A stretch of DNA of 61,144 nucleotides, the filler included, from Asterionella formosa (taxonomy: Eukaryota), in NCBI GenBank assembly GCA_002256025.1. It is 4 parts of 4 records of this genome, joined end to end, with 100 filler letters (N's around TTAATTAATTAA, not from the genome) between each part and the next. Parts side by side here need not be neighbours in the genome. Positions count along the whole stretch, not along the records: positions 1 to 15,219 come from NKIB01005544.1; 3 more parts are not named here. One strand, written 5' to 3'. Under the pieces are notes generated by a model. The model was not told the origin of the DNA, did no database searches, and worked only from the letters and a program-made list of their open reading frames with translations. The position numbers were made by a program, and so were the translations under genes. Shown one piece after another: positions 1 to 12,400 of this stretch (the stretch's first letter is position 1; each line of letters starts with the position of its first letter).

Positions 1-136
1 ATATGCATACCTATTTTGGCAAGAGCAAGCCATTTTGAGTATGTGCAAGCAAGTCTTGAAATATTCCGGGAAATTCTATATAGTCATTCATGTCTAAACA
101 TCTTTTTATATAATGCACTGTTATTTATAACTGTAA

Positions 137-234
137 AAAATTTGTGTTTGTGTTGACCAAATTTGGTAATCCTGGTAAGCACGTCGGGGTGCCTACCAGG
201 ATTACCAAATTTGGTCAACACAAACACAAATTTT
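137..234. repeat. Near-perfect inverted repeat / hairpin (46-bp arms, 6-nt loop)
   Basis: Seen: 137-182 is the reverse complement of 189-234 except one mismatch; loop gtcggg at 183-188. Confidence 0.95.
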
Positions 235-664
235 GGGGTTATGGGTACAACGATTTGTGTTATAATACACATGATATAATAATTTTTTATTATCAGAGCG
301 CGCCCATTGAGGGAAAGCAATCAGGGAAGTTCCCCTATCCAGAGAACATCACAACTGTTATCAAAAAGACCCTGAATCCATATCTGACAAGGGAACTGTG
401 TTAGAATGATGATGATGTCATGACTTGCTACTAAAATGCCTTTGTTCTTGCTCTAAGGCATTCACATGACATGCTTTCTTCCAACCAAACTTACAATAAT
501 TATCATTCTATTTATAAAAATGAAGCAACAAGTATATATGTCTCATAAGACAGTCTGTCAACCATAATTTTAGCTCTATGTAACCTGGGATACAAGTTTG
601 TCCATGGGTATCGAAGGTGATAAGATTTCCAAAGAGTAGCAAAGCATTTCTTGACTATTCCTCC

Positions 665-3440
665 TTACACTGCATTTCGAAATAGGTCATCATCAGGTCC
701 TGTGGTAAGTTCATATATTGAAATTCGCTCCTTGACGCTCCCAGATGTCGTCGGCTTCTGCTCAGCAACGACCTTGAGAGGAGCCGCTAGTTGCTGGTTT
801 TCAACGCCGCTGTTGAATGATTCCCACGTCTCAACTTCATCCTCTAACTCCTTCAAAACTTCACTGACAGCCCCCAATTCCTTTATATCTTCAGGCATGA
901 GCTGTAGATTCTTCATCAATGCCAGTCGAACATTCGTCACGCGATCATCTTTCATTTCCAAGGCTGGGGGCAGCAAATCATACACCAACAGTCGACGCAA
1001 GTGTTTGCTTTCAGCCATACTCAGCTTTTGGTATGGTGAATACCCTTCAGCTGGAAAAATTTGGTCGTCGTCGCTGAGATCACCAAAGCGCAGTGCGAGT
1101 CCAACCGAAGAAGAAATTCGACAATATAGCTGGCGCTGGCTAAAATTGGACTTCTTATTACTGGAGTCGCTAGATTTGGTCTTGATGCCAAGAATTGTTT
1201 CCTTCAACCAGACAATCACATCATTACATGCACTAGCGGACCATTTCTTGTCCACAAGGGATGCCTCGACTGTGTTGAGGTTTTCGGCACAATAGGATCG
1301 CAGAAGCAACGTAATAGACCATTCGGCATCTTCTCTAACAATACAAACTGTATCCAGTAAGAGCATCTGTAAAATTGGCCATAAATACTCTTGTATCTTC
1401 GTTGCCTCTACTAATTCAAGCAGATCCGGCATGCTTCTGGCAACAAAGTCGCGTTGCCTCCAATTGAGCAGCATTGGATTAGTCACACTCCTCTTGTGAG
1501 CACCAAGCATGTCATCTCCTTTGACGATCTCGGACCATGTAGACAAGAGCTCAACCCTAAGTGGCATAGGCAGCAATGCGATCAAAAATGGAAAATTGCG
1601 AATGACATTTAATCGCACCGAGTCGTCCGTGTCGAAAAGGAAATGTTGTCGAAACATTGGCAAGATATCTGATACAGCAAGGTCCGCTCCAAGAATATGT
1701 GCTACTGTGTGAACCGATGATGCCAAGCAACGCTTGACCGGAAGGGGAGGAGCGAGCACTGCATCAGTATCGGTTTTGTCGTTGCTTGGATTAATCAGTG
1801 TCAAAAAACACTCCTTCAAGTCACCTTCCCAATGTTCCTTCCCAAGCAAGAGCACAACAGCGGGATAGCTGTAAGCGCAATAGACTCTCATTTCTGCATC
1901 GGTATTTTCCTCTCCTGTTGAAATCTTGGACAATAAACAAAAATGCTTCAATAAGTGCTTTGTAACAGCTTGAATGTCTTCTTCATCTGGAGGGTGCTCG
2001 CGGCGATGCTTCACCACCGCCTCAAGACTCAAAAAAGCCAATCGATTCGATGCAAGAAAATTAGGCAACGCATCCTTTAATTTCTGCAATGGAGGGACCA
2101 ATGCCTCGGGGGCATTCAATGTTGCGGGTGTTGGGGTTGGGGACGATGTCGTCGCAGTCACCGAGGAATTCAAGCGACTCACCATGCTGCTCGCATGCGG
2201 GAAAAATTGCGCTCCAATGCCGGAATTCTCCATCACAATCGATTCAAAAGTTAGTCCGCCAGGTAGAATGGAGTCAAGTGCTTGACCATATGGATAAAAG
2301 GACGCGATAAAAGGCCCTAGGAACTGCATCATGCCATGTCTAACAAACTTGTTGGCATCTTGGATAAGCTTCAAGCAAATTGGAATCAAAGTGATCCGGC
2401 GTAAATCTTTAACCTGTTTAGGTGCCAATAGCATAAGAGATCGGCTCATGTCAACCAGGCATTCGCCCGTTGCCTTGCGGACACGGTACATGTCGTCTTT
2501 AGACAATTCAATAAACATGGGCAAAATTTCCTTCTTGGCTGTTTCCAATGACGTCCCACCCAACACGCGAGGCAAGGCTTGCACAGCCGACCTCCGAACT
2601 CTAAAGGACGCATCTTTTGCCAACAACAATATGGCTGGGAGAATATACGTTTGAACAATGCTCTTGTCCAACTTGCCACCTTCGGCTGATCCGGCTAGCT
2701 CGGCTAGTAAATTGCACGAGGTGATGCGATATTCTTCTTGTAAGGCCTCCGTTGACTTTTTGGGGGGCGTGGATAACAGAGCCAAGGGTACCCGTACGAT
2801 ATGAGAGGCCACTTCGGAAGGTCGTAGGAGCAGCGCGAGACCTGCCAGAGATTCGCTCGCCGATCGGCGGACGTCGACGTCGGCGTCAGCAATAAGTGTC
2901 GAAAGGTGAGCTAGTAAAGTGGTGCAAACTGCTAAATAACCTGGTTCATTGTACCGCTTCAGGTAGTTGGGATGTTGGAGAACGACTTCCACCGACGTTC
3001 TGAAGGGTCCAATGCCTTCGAGCATGCATACAACACTCATGGGAAGAAGTTGGAATGCCAGGTGTTGACGAATAATCGATTCGGGGTCCGCGACTAGCGG
3101 TGGGAGAAGGGGAACAAGAGTCTTGAGAGTGGCTGACATTCTTCGCGATTCGTTTCGAGTTTCAAGTAGTGTGAGTTTGACGTGTCATCGAAAGCAGCAT
3201 TGCATGGCCTACAAGGCGAGATTCCAATGAGTCGACTCACCCTACTGTCTCGGCTGTTTCCGCCAACATTTTGACGTGCACTAGTCGTTGCAATGCAATT
3301 CCTGATCGACAATATCGGACGACTCGATCCAACAGTGGAAGGTCATCGTCAATGGTCAAATCTTCAAAACGCAGTGCTGCGCTAGCATCTTCTGGTGACG
3401 GAGGGCCTTCGTCTTGCATGAGAGGAGGAGGGCCCGCCAT
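665..3440 (-). CDS. PPP4R1: HEAT-repeat Ser/Thr protein phosphatase 4 regulatory subunit 1-like protein (PP2A A-subunit superfamily), 2 exons, ~891 aa
   Basis: Exon 1 3440-3241 (MAGPPPL...LDRVVRY...LQRLVHVKML), intron 3240-3141 (GTGAGT...AAG), exon 2 3140-665; the splice keeps frame (GG+A=Gly). HEAT signatures DASFRVRRSA, DDMYRVRKA, DANKFVR, DDRVTNVR, plus PP4R1-type CAYSYPAV, VKRCLASSVH and NWRQR segments. Confidence 0.85.
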
Positions 3441-4012
3441 GGTGGGAGTGAATTTTAAAAATACTATACCGGTACTTGCTGTGGTATGCTTGTGTTCAAA
3501 AATGGAGGATGCTGCTTCGCTCGACCATTGTTGTTTGCAACAAACAATGCGAGGGCGATTACAGCTACCGGTATGTAGGTACCAGGTACCAGGTACTCGG
3601 AGTAGAGTTGACCCGACAGGTTCGACACACTCTTGGTCCAAAATCGTGTGCCCTCCATTTTCTTCGAAAAGGGAATTTAAAGTGCGGAATCGATATCTGA
3701 CACTTCGTCCTATCTAAAACTTTCTTCCATTTTAAAAAAGATTGCATGTTTCAAAAGTTACGCCAAATATTTATAAAGTTATGCTCGTTTCCGCAAAAGC
3801 GTCCATTTTCGGGAATCCCAGAACCCTTACCAATTCGCCAAGTACCAGGAACAACGGGCGCGAAACGGGAGAAATAGAAACAAATACCGGTAAAAGCACT
3901 GTAGATGTAGAAGCTAAATATTTCAAATGGTAGAATCAGGTCCAAATATGTAGTCTAGTGTGCTTGAACTAATTCGACTCTAGTTTAGTAGTTTTAACTG
4001 ATGCTATGGGGG

Positions 4013-4700
4013 TTAAAGTAGTCCTCGCCTCTCTACAGACACCATCAGATGTTTAAAAGCAGATTCTATGATGCCATTCCAACAAAGCTGTTGCTCAATT
4101 TTTATCTGGGAACGCTTTGTTGTTGTCTTCTGTGCAGAAACTGTGCAACAACCCCCACGCTTCAAATCAGGAAACTTGCCTGCATGGATCAGAAAGTCCC
4201 AGTAATTCTCAGCTTGCTTCCATTTACAACATCCAGTAAAATTCATAACTAAACAAATCATCTTCTTCCTCGTCATCCCATCATTGTTTTTATCCCTGAA
4301 GCAAGCAATACCTTGAAGCTTGCCGCTTTCCAACGCACAATGTTGTTAAAGATTTAGGCAAAGGAAAGGTTGGGCGCAGCATTTTTATGTTGAAATTCCC
4401 ACCAAATTCTTTTTTTGGGGGTTTGGCAACCTTTAGTCGTTTCCTTGCATCATACAATGTTGATCTTGGAACTCTGTGAGTGCGCATAATATTTGCCTCA
4501 TTCCCTCCCAAGTAGTTCAATTCTTCCAACAATACTTTTAGGCGTTGGAGTCGGAAATTGACTACGCAAAGGTATTCAAGCAAGGATCCAGGGAATACAG
4601 ACCAGCAAGCGTTTGGCTTGCCCCTAATATCCCATGCGGAACGAAAACATCGCTTTGTGTCACCTCGAGATCGACGAAGATGAGGACGATCAGCACTGGT
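4013..4700 (-). pseudogene. Frameshifted N-terminal fragment of a probable Tc1/pogo-superfamily DNA transposase
   Basis: Two overlapping broken frames: HTH-like IMRTHRVPRSTLYDARKRLK, then AENYWDFLIHAGKFPDLKRGG..AQKTTTKRSQIKIEQQLCW. Resemblance to diatom transposase N-termini is recalled, not searched; no catalytic DDE visible. Confidence 0.4.
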
Positions 4701-6379
4701 GGTACCTCCGGAATTGGGTGGCAGGGTTAGAATTGGATTTGTTGCCCCCATTAAGCGCTCCTAACTATCACTAATTAGCTCATAAAATAAAAAAGCCCGT
4801 TTTTGTAATTCCTTCACTCATTATGAGAGCCAAACTGACAAATCGCAATCTCACAGCTGCTCTTCTTCATGCCGAGAAGCGGTCAGCCCACAAATCTTAT
4901 GGCTATCTGTGGTCGCCTACCCTTATGCGAAAAGGTCGAGAATATGTGTTCTGGAAACGCCCCTCATTGAACTGTCGCAGATTTGGAGATTCTCTAGCTA
5001 GCAAGCATCCCAAATCCATTTCTTCTCACCCAACCCGCTGCTCAGGAAATCATCCAGCACCGCCATAATCTTCCATATACTCTGAACTGCTGTCTCAAAG
5101 CTGCTGGATTAGCCTTAGATGCTTGCCAGGCCCAATCCACGGCCCTTCGAGCTGCGCATTTGGAGGACCGTGCTCTCCTAGCTGCTTGTGACTCAGATAC
5201 CCACCCTTCTTCTGTGGCCAAATGTATGTTAGCAGTTATTCTGGCTATGCACTTTTATGTGCGCACTGTATACAGAGTCTTCCTCATATTTCTCAACCAC
5301 TGCCAATCTTCTTATTCTTGGGGTTCTACAAGGGAGTGGCGCCGCCCCCTGCATCTGGATGTGTGTCAGTAATGTTTTATTTCAAGCTCTCTCCTCTCGC
5401 TCTGTGGGATTGTTCTCACCACATTGTCCACGATGCATACTCACTACTTCTTGCCCAGGAGAAGCCTTTGTACAAATATGTACTGGTATACATGATGGCT
5501 GGAATTTCGGTTTTTCATATCATACATACACAGGACTACAGTACCAGTTCTTTATATTCTTCATATATATACACTGGTATGTTATATATGTTTGGCATGA
5601 TACACATTACTATCAGTATGTACTTTTGATTTGTACTGCTGTGGTATGGGGACAATGAGACCACAGCAACTCCATCTTGACCATGACGAAATAATTGGAC
5701 TGAATATCTCCACTAATATCGACAATGAACTATTACTATTTTGTACATGTATCTAGCCTAACAAAGACAAGGTAATCGTTCAATGATAATAAATTTTGCA
5801 CTAATATTGACAACAAAAATTTGAAATTGCCGGTAGAATTTGTTTTCGTCGTCGTTTCCTCAGTTTTTCAAGAAATGAACAAAGTAGAGAATATGTTGAG
5901 TCCGCAATGACCAGCTTAATAACTTTTACTAGATTTTTTTTCTATTTACTGTACAAATAGAGTTTTGACTTTTCCCTGTTTTGAAGAACAAAATTAGAAT
6001 AAAACCTACATCATGAAGTGGCGATCATTCCGCAGACGATTCTAAAGAGTGAATTGATGACGTTTTCTATGCATTGAAATGCCTGTCCTGTGTCACATTA
6101 TCAATTTCAGCAAAATGACTGCAACTTGCTGGTACTGGTATGAACTCACTTTGCCAATCATGGTAGCCATGATGCAACTCCTACCATGACAGGGAAATAT
6201 TGGAAAGCAAGGCCAAATTTGCAGTTATGGTGACTCTGAAAATACTGGGTTGTCTAGAACAAAGGGATTTCAAAATGAGTACAGTAATACAATGTATATA
6301 CATATATATTAAACCTGCACAGAATTAAAGACTACTGGTATGTAGATTCATGGTCAGAAGATCATTTATGGGGAGTAAC

Positions 6380-7648
6380 TCAGTAGTCACCAGTAGATCC
6401 AGATTTTGATGAGCCCTTTCCTCCTTTACCCTTTGAAGAGCCATTTCCTCCTTTACCCTTTGAAGAGCCCTTTCCTCCTTTACCCTTTCCTCCTTTACCC
6501 TTTGAAGAGCCCTTTCCTCCTTTACCCTTTGAAGAGCCCTTTTCTCCTTTACCCTTTGAAGAGCCCTTTCCTCCTTTACCCTTTGATGAGCCCTTTCCTC
6601 CTTTACCCTTTGAAGAGCCCTTTCCTCCTTTGCTCTTTCCAGATTTTGAGCTAGGTATGTAGTCATCGTCAGGCATTTCCTTGGGAGGTTTGGATTCAGG
6701 AGCATAGTCGTCATCTGGTAGTCTTTTGACTGGTCCCACAGAAGGAGCAAGTGTTTTGGGGACTGGGCTCTCATAAACAAAAGGGTAAGAATATGTCATT
6801 GATGGGGTAACTGTAGGATACCCAACTCCTGGGATCGCAGTCTCTGGAGGACTGGAGGAGATTGGAGTCTCAGTGAACGGGGATTCAGTGGGGGTTACAG
6901 TAAGCTCGTTGTAGTTGATGGGGTAAGTGTATTTCATTGATGGTGCTACCGTGGGATATCCAACAACTGGGAATGTACTGGTAGGAAAGGGGACTGGAGG
7001 AAGAATTGTGGGAGTAGGAGCCAGAGTTCCTGGAACAATGGAGTCCACAGGAGCTGGAGTTACGCTGACAGGTGCTGGTGTTCCGGGTACAGGAACTGGA
7101 GTTACGCTGACAGGTGCTGGTGTTCCAGGTACAGGAGCTGGAGTTACGCTGACAGGTGCTGGTGTTCCGGGTACAGGAGCTGGTGTTCCGGGTACAGGAG
7201 TAGCAGTCACTGGAGCAGGTGTTACAGGGACTGGAGCAGGAGTAGCAGGCACTGGAGCAGGAGTAGCAGGCACTGGAGCAGGTGTTACAGGGACTGGAGC
7301 TGGAGTAGCAGGCACTGGAGCTGGAGTAACAAAGGGAGGCACAGTACCAACCATGCAACCACAATTTGTCGTAAAGCCTGCTAGGGAAGGGCAGAATGCA
7401 GGGTCAATGTAGCCAAGGAAGCCAGCAAGTTGGAAAATAGCGCAGGTGGTTTGATCTTGACCAGGAGGTGAGACGACGCCGTCTTGAATGGTAATTACCA
7501 TGTCCACCCCGCAAACTGAACATGGAGGAAAGCCAGGATTGGGAGGAGCAGTTTGCAGGGCACGATGACTCAACACGCCAACGCCTTCAGGATAGGCTAG
7601 CACTGAGTTGCAGAGGGCAGCGATGAAGAGAAGAGTAACAAAACGCAT
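6380..7648 (-). CDS. Secreted silaffin/cingulin-like cell-wall or adhesive protein (signal peptide, RXL site, Cys domain, Pro/Thr stalk, KXXK-rich tail), 422 aa
   Basis: Signal MRFVTLLFIAALCNSVLA; HRALQ (RXL motif); 6-Cys module CSVCG...C...C...CGC; PV(P/S)xTPA repeats; acidic PDDDY x2; C-terminal KGKGGKGSS repeats. The ORF is intact; function is inferred. Confidence 0.8.
   Translation of the reverse strand: MRFVTLLFIAALCNSVLAYPEGVGVLSHRALQTAPPNPGFPPCSVCGVDMVITIQDGVVSPPGQDQTTCAIFQLAGFLGYIDPAFCPSLAGFTTNCGCMVGTVPPFVTPAPVPATPAPVPVTPAPVPATPAPVPATPAPVPVTPAPVTATPVPGTPAPVPGTPAPVSVTPAPVPGTPAPVSVTPVPVPGTPAPVSVTPAPVDSIVPGTLAPTPTILPPVPFPTSTFPVVGYPTVAPSMKYTYPINYNELTVTPTESPFTETPISSSPPETAIPGVGYPTVTPSMTYSYPFVYESPVPKTLAPSVGPVKRLPDDDYAPESKPPKEMPDDDYIPSSKSGKSKGGKGSSKGKGGKGSSKGKGGKGSSKGKGEKGSSKGKGGKGSSKGKGGKGKGGKGSSKGKGGNGSSKGKGGKGSSKSGSTGDY
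6405..6640 (-). repeat. Coding 27-bp tandem repeat (~8 units, KGKGGKGSS)
   Basis: Plus-strand unit ccctttgaagagccctttcctccttta repeated with few substitutions and one partial unit. Confidence 0.95.
7040..7330 (-). repeat. Coding 21-bp tandem repeat (7-aa PV(P/S)(A/V/G)TPA units)
   Basis: Seen in the DNA (ggagcaggagtagcaggcact and variants) and in the translation. Confidence 0.9.
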
Positions 7649-8524
7649 TATGATGTTCTCGCTGTTTCACTTTTATTGCGGTCAAAAAGTGAACTGTTTT
7701 GTTATAACCACAGTTGATTTAACCAGTATGATGTTTTTCATCCTTTGTCTGAGAAGTACCGGTAAGGAAGCAAGTGCTCCAATACTCTCTCTATTTTCAA
7801 AAATATACTCTATCCCACACTGTGAAAAAATATACCGCTTTATTACTGGTAAATATCAAATTCAAATCGTTCATACCCCTCCTTGCATGTATTAATACCG
7901 ACATAATGTTTGGTACAAGTCGTGAAAGAAATACCGTTGCTTTACATAAAATAAGCAGAATTTGTAGACAACGTGCATTCTCATTCGTTGGTAGAATACA
8001 TTGAAACGGTACTTTACCGGTACTCCGTAAAGTACCGTATGCGCAACTGGCAACCTGGAGTACCGGGTACTACATATGAAATACCGGTACTATGCGTAAT
8101 CACATGTACTGTTACTACCGGTAACTGGAGTACCCAGATTTCTTACGCAAGTTGCTAGGACGTGGTGTCTCAAGATGGTTCTTACTCATGCTTACTCCTT
8201 GGCAATTCTCATGCAGAACCTTTTCTAAGGGTCGTTCTTATCATTTTCGATTTGGTATCATATTTTTTGAAAAAGTATCATGCAACGGCTACTCGATTTA
8301 AACCGAAAAAATCCATTCTCCACAAAAATAAAGATAAAATTGTATCATCAAAAAGTATCACGAAAATTCAACGGTTACGGGCTGGCAACAAACATGTGCT
8401 TTTCCTTCCAGACTACCTGTACATAATGGTACCAAATCAGTCCTCAAACCATGCAAGAAATCTACGCGAATTATGTATATGGACTAATATAGTCAATGGT
8501 ATTTGCATAGGTATTTGTTGTAGA

Positions 8525-8675
8525 CACGTGATCATTTTCGTATTCTATTGCCTAGTACGTGCTGGACGAGTGATAGTAGAATGTACCGGTAGTGACAGCC
8601 AAAGCCAAAGTATTTGCACAGCTAGTAGTATATGTCGTAGTCACGTGATCATTTTCGTATTCTATTGCCTAGTAC
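8525..8675. repeat. 34-bp identical direct repeat, 117-bp offset
   Basis: cacgtgatcattttcgtattctattgcctagtac at 8525-8558 and 8642-8675. Confidence 0.9.
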
Positions 8676-8761
8676 TTTGTCATGAATTCCCGAATATCAG
8701 AGACAGCAGTGATCTGGATTTCTTCTTCATCTGTCATTTAGCTAAGGAAGCAGAGGAACAA

Positions 8762-9065
8762 GAACACTCATCCAAACAATGAAGGTGACGCTGAAAACGG
8801 CAGCATCACTCATCCAAACAACAACAACGACAACGAAGGCACAAGTGGCACCACGAAAGAATCTCCTGGCAATCACATGTCCAGAAACGCAATCACGAGA
8901 TTGCTTTCGAGAAGACATACAGAATGTCACACAGAGCATTCAAAAAACTCACCTCCATGCTGGAAATTCAGATTGCAGGGAATTATTCCAAATGTGGCAC
9001 TTCTGAGCCCATAATTCCCGAAATTGTGGTAGCCATTGGTTTGCAATCGTTGGCTGGTGACAGCC
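8762..9065 (+). pseudogene. PIF/Harbinger transposase N-terminal remnant
   Basis: The frame of ORF 8924 extends upstream as RRHKWHHERISWQSHVQKRNHEIAFEKTYRMSHRAFKKLTSML...PIIPEIVVAIGLQSLAGDS, matching the Harbinger FxxxxRMSxxxFxxL...IxPExxxAxxLxxLAG pattern. Three in-frame TGA (8780, 8786, 8792); truncated before the DDE core. Confidence 0.7.
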
Positions 9066-9107
9066 AGTTACATCGACATGATATTCCAATACTACTTGGT
9101 ACACATG

Positions 9108-9358
9108 TTTGAGCAGGATGTTTGTAAGACTGTAAGGATCATGAAAGTCATCATTGTTAATAATTTAATCCAAAACAAGGTTATTCAAGGAAGTTAATGT
9201 GTACAGGAATCTTACCTGGGTATTACAAAAATTTTGAGCAGGATGTTTGTAAGACTGTAAGGATCATGAAAGTCATCATTGTTAATAATTTTATCCAAAA
9301 CAAGGTTATTCAAGGGAAGTTAATGTGTACAGGAATCTTACCTGGGTATTACAAAATT
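9108..9358. repeat. Tandem duplication, 2 x ~125 bp, near identical
   Basis: tttgagcaggatgtttgtaagactg...gggtattacaaaa begins at 9108 and again at 9233. Confidence 0.95.
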
Positions 9359-9489
9359 TTCTAGTATGAAATAATTCACCAACTACTCCGGTTACATGAG
9401 AGGATGTTATCGATGCAACGCACAATATCCTTTCGTTTTGTATAGACAGTAGTGGCAAGACTGAAATCACGGTATCCACTAATAGAAGA

Positions 9490-12400
9490 GTTATTCAGCG
9501 CAATTTTTTGTTCCAAGCAAGAGGGCAATCCTATTATGAAGTTGTTGAACATAAAACAAGAACGGAAAATGATGCTTCTGGCAAATCAATGTCTTACGAC
9601 TAAGACAGAATTGTGAGATATACTTTCGATCGTCATCTGTGGCAAGCTGTAACTCTATAATTTTTGTCGTCAGATTATCGGTGACTGGTGCATCCTCATT
9701 TCTTCCTTGAATGGGTAGATAGAAAGGCGGCATCTTCTTGTTACCATGAGTTGACAGTAATGAAATAACATCTTCGTCAGAATCTGGATCTTGATGACGA
9801 GGTCGTCGTTCCTTTTCTGCGCATGATGTATTATTAGCATAGTGTTCATAGGCATTACTTGCAAATTCAGACAGTTTTGTTAACGATGTAACCAATCGTA
9901 TTTTGTCTTTGACATGACTGGGAAGCCTTTTTTTAGAGAATTGTCATCATTATTGCTGTTTCGTAACTTCTTTTGAGATATGTTCTCCCCAACACGTTTA
10001 CCAGTTCGTTTTATTCCCTTTTTTGACATGATGATAACGAGGCAGCTAGGAGTAGAATAAATGTAGATGTTTCAAAATCAAAGCTTGAAACTTTATCTAC
10101 CGGTACCGGCATCTGCGAATAAAAAGTATCGTGCATATAGGATCAAGGGTATCGTACGCTGAGTGGCACAGGATTTTCACAGAGATGATAGGTTTTGGAT
10201 CAAAACTATGATCAATCTATCCTATAACTATGATGATTTATTAATATTTACCGAACTTGAAGTATGATGATAATAAGAGCATAATCATCATACAATGTAT
10301 ATCAACTGATCAACAACATTTCTTATCAATATCATGAACCTTCTCATTTTATATTCACTTCTCGTGATCGCCAAATATAAATTATTACTACAACGCATCC
10401 TAAAATCAGCTAAACTCTATGTTATCATGTGAATTGTTTCAATTCTGATCACAAGAATTGTTCAAAATAGATTGAAATGGATCTTAATTTAACTATCATA
10501 TTTAGCAATGCTATTTCTGATTCTGAAGCTAATCCAAGGAATGTTTCTCTCCTCTCTACTTGTCTCAATGTATATTCCTGTCTCGCCCTTTTCTTCCTCT
10601 ATTATGAATCTTGTGCCAGGCAGTGCCTGATGTCGTGTCTCTTTCCCTGCTGTTAGTGTCACTCTGAACTAGCCCACTATTCCGTTGTTTGATTGGTTTT
10701 ATCGTCCTATGCAGTTACAGTAATAATGGGAAGGAATGACTTGTTAGCTAGTCTTGTTAACACTGACACAACACCACGCAATTCCATTGTATCCTCTTGC
10801 TTCACTTACCACAAATCAAAGCAACTGATACATATGTCTGTAAAATAGTAAATTGTCAGTCCATTCTTGAATAATTAAGTTCTAGGTATCCAATGTTGCC
10901 GAAAAAGCTTACTGATTCGTTTTCTTTAGCTTAACTTTGAAACGAAGGAAAACTTGTGCGTCAGTTACGTTCCAACAGTAATGAATAGGTCCAACGACAA
11001 GAGCACTTACAAATTTTGTTTTGTTTTACATCTATTCCCTTATTTTAAGCAAATCAACACTGGACTTTCACAAAAGAATCAATCTGAACATGAAAGGAAT
11101 CCTTGTGGAATTGCTACTTACACAACAAATATCATCTACCCAAACTCATACTTCTCATTTCCCAACGTAGGTGAAGAGGAAATGAAAAATATGTTGAAGC
11201 ACTTGAACACAAAGGTTCCTGAGAAGAATATTGATCAGAATGACCGCATTAGTCAATGGAACATTGATGACGACAATGATTTTGAATGGATCTAATAGAA
11301 TCCAATGCATACTTAGTTACATAAGACTATAGATAGTGTCGAGAAATATATCCTGTATCGGTGCATAGCAATTCCGATTCCTTGTTGCATCCAGGGATGA
11401 TGCAGTACTTACGGGCAAGGTGAAATACGTGATCATAATGTTCATCCAAACTTGCATCTTTTCCTGGATCACGGACTTGACATAATCCATCATTTATAGC
11501 AAAAAGTTGATGCACAAAATCGTTGTTTTCCTCCTCATCTGACCTTTTGCAATAAACAATTAGCACATAGTTACTGTCATGATGAAGTGGATGACAATCA
11601 CCTTGGTATATACGGTTTGTTATAACCCTTTTCTGGGTTCTCATCCAGATTAAATACAACCTTTACATCAGTTGGATAAAGTTCATGAATTATATAATGA
11701 ATCATGGAGGTAATTGTTTCAAGGCCCCAATATGCAAGATCTTTAAAATCTGAAGATGATTTTTTGATACCTTTGACTCCATAAAATACAGAGGCGTAAG
11801 TGCATATTTCTTGTGGGGCACGTGTGTACAAATCTTTCCACAATTATAGTTGTCCATGCGTTTTCGGCAAACTCAAGAAAAATTCAGTTTGCTTTGGCAT
11901 AATCACTCTACACATTACACATGCCGAGCGACTCTTCACAAAAGTAGGCTAGCTGCCTTCGGGATTGTTCTTGATGATTTTACAAAGAAATTCTTTTTCT
12001 TCCATGTATGATTTGGAAAAAGATTCAATTTTGTGCTTCAAACTTGCTTCATTCCCGACTCAGTGCATCAACTGCCTTAGCCAGCATCACATCTCTGTCT
12101 GCATTGATCTTCTTGAGTTCGAGGTCTTGATCTAGCTCGGACTTTTTCTTGAATATATTGCTTTTCTATTAGAAATGCAATAGTTTTTCTGCTTTCATGA
12201 TGTTCATCTTGATGTTCTGGACGAACAGTGAGACAAATTTCTTGGTTTTGCAACTTTTCAACCATTTTTACTTCAGAAGTGATGTCTCCCACATTTCCGC
12301 CGGTATTTTCATTCATCGCATGAATTTGCTCATAAAATGAATGAGAATCACTGAGTTCTTCTAGATTATCGGCGATTTCAGGAGAATGAGGAGCAAAATA

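Noticed and set aside
651..1295. Plus-strand 214-aa ORF and other antisense ORFs over called genes (e.g. 32253-33014, 53212-53772)
   Set aside because: They are antisense shadows of well-supported genes and carry no motifs of their own.
6325..7412. Alternative-frame and antisense repeat ORFs (RVKEERALQ, CYSSSSA, GTGAGV, PFLLYPLK)
   Set aside because: They are shadows of the repeats in 6380-7648, which has the signal peptide and coherent architecture.
8229..8280. TAA-GGGTCGTTCTTATCA as the left TIR of the Harbinger remnant
   Set aside because: Position is plausible, but I found no matching right TIR on this scaffold.
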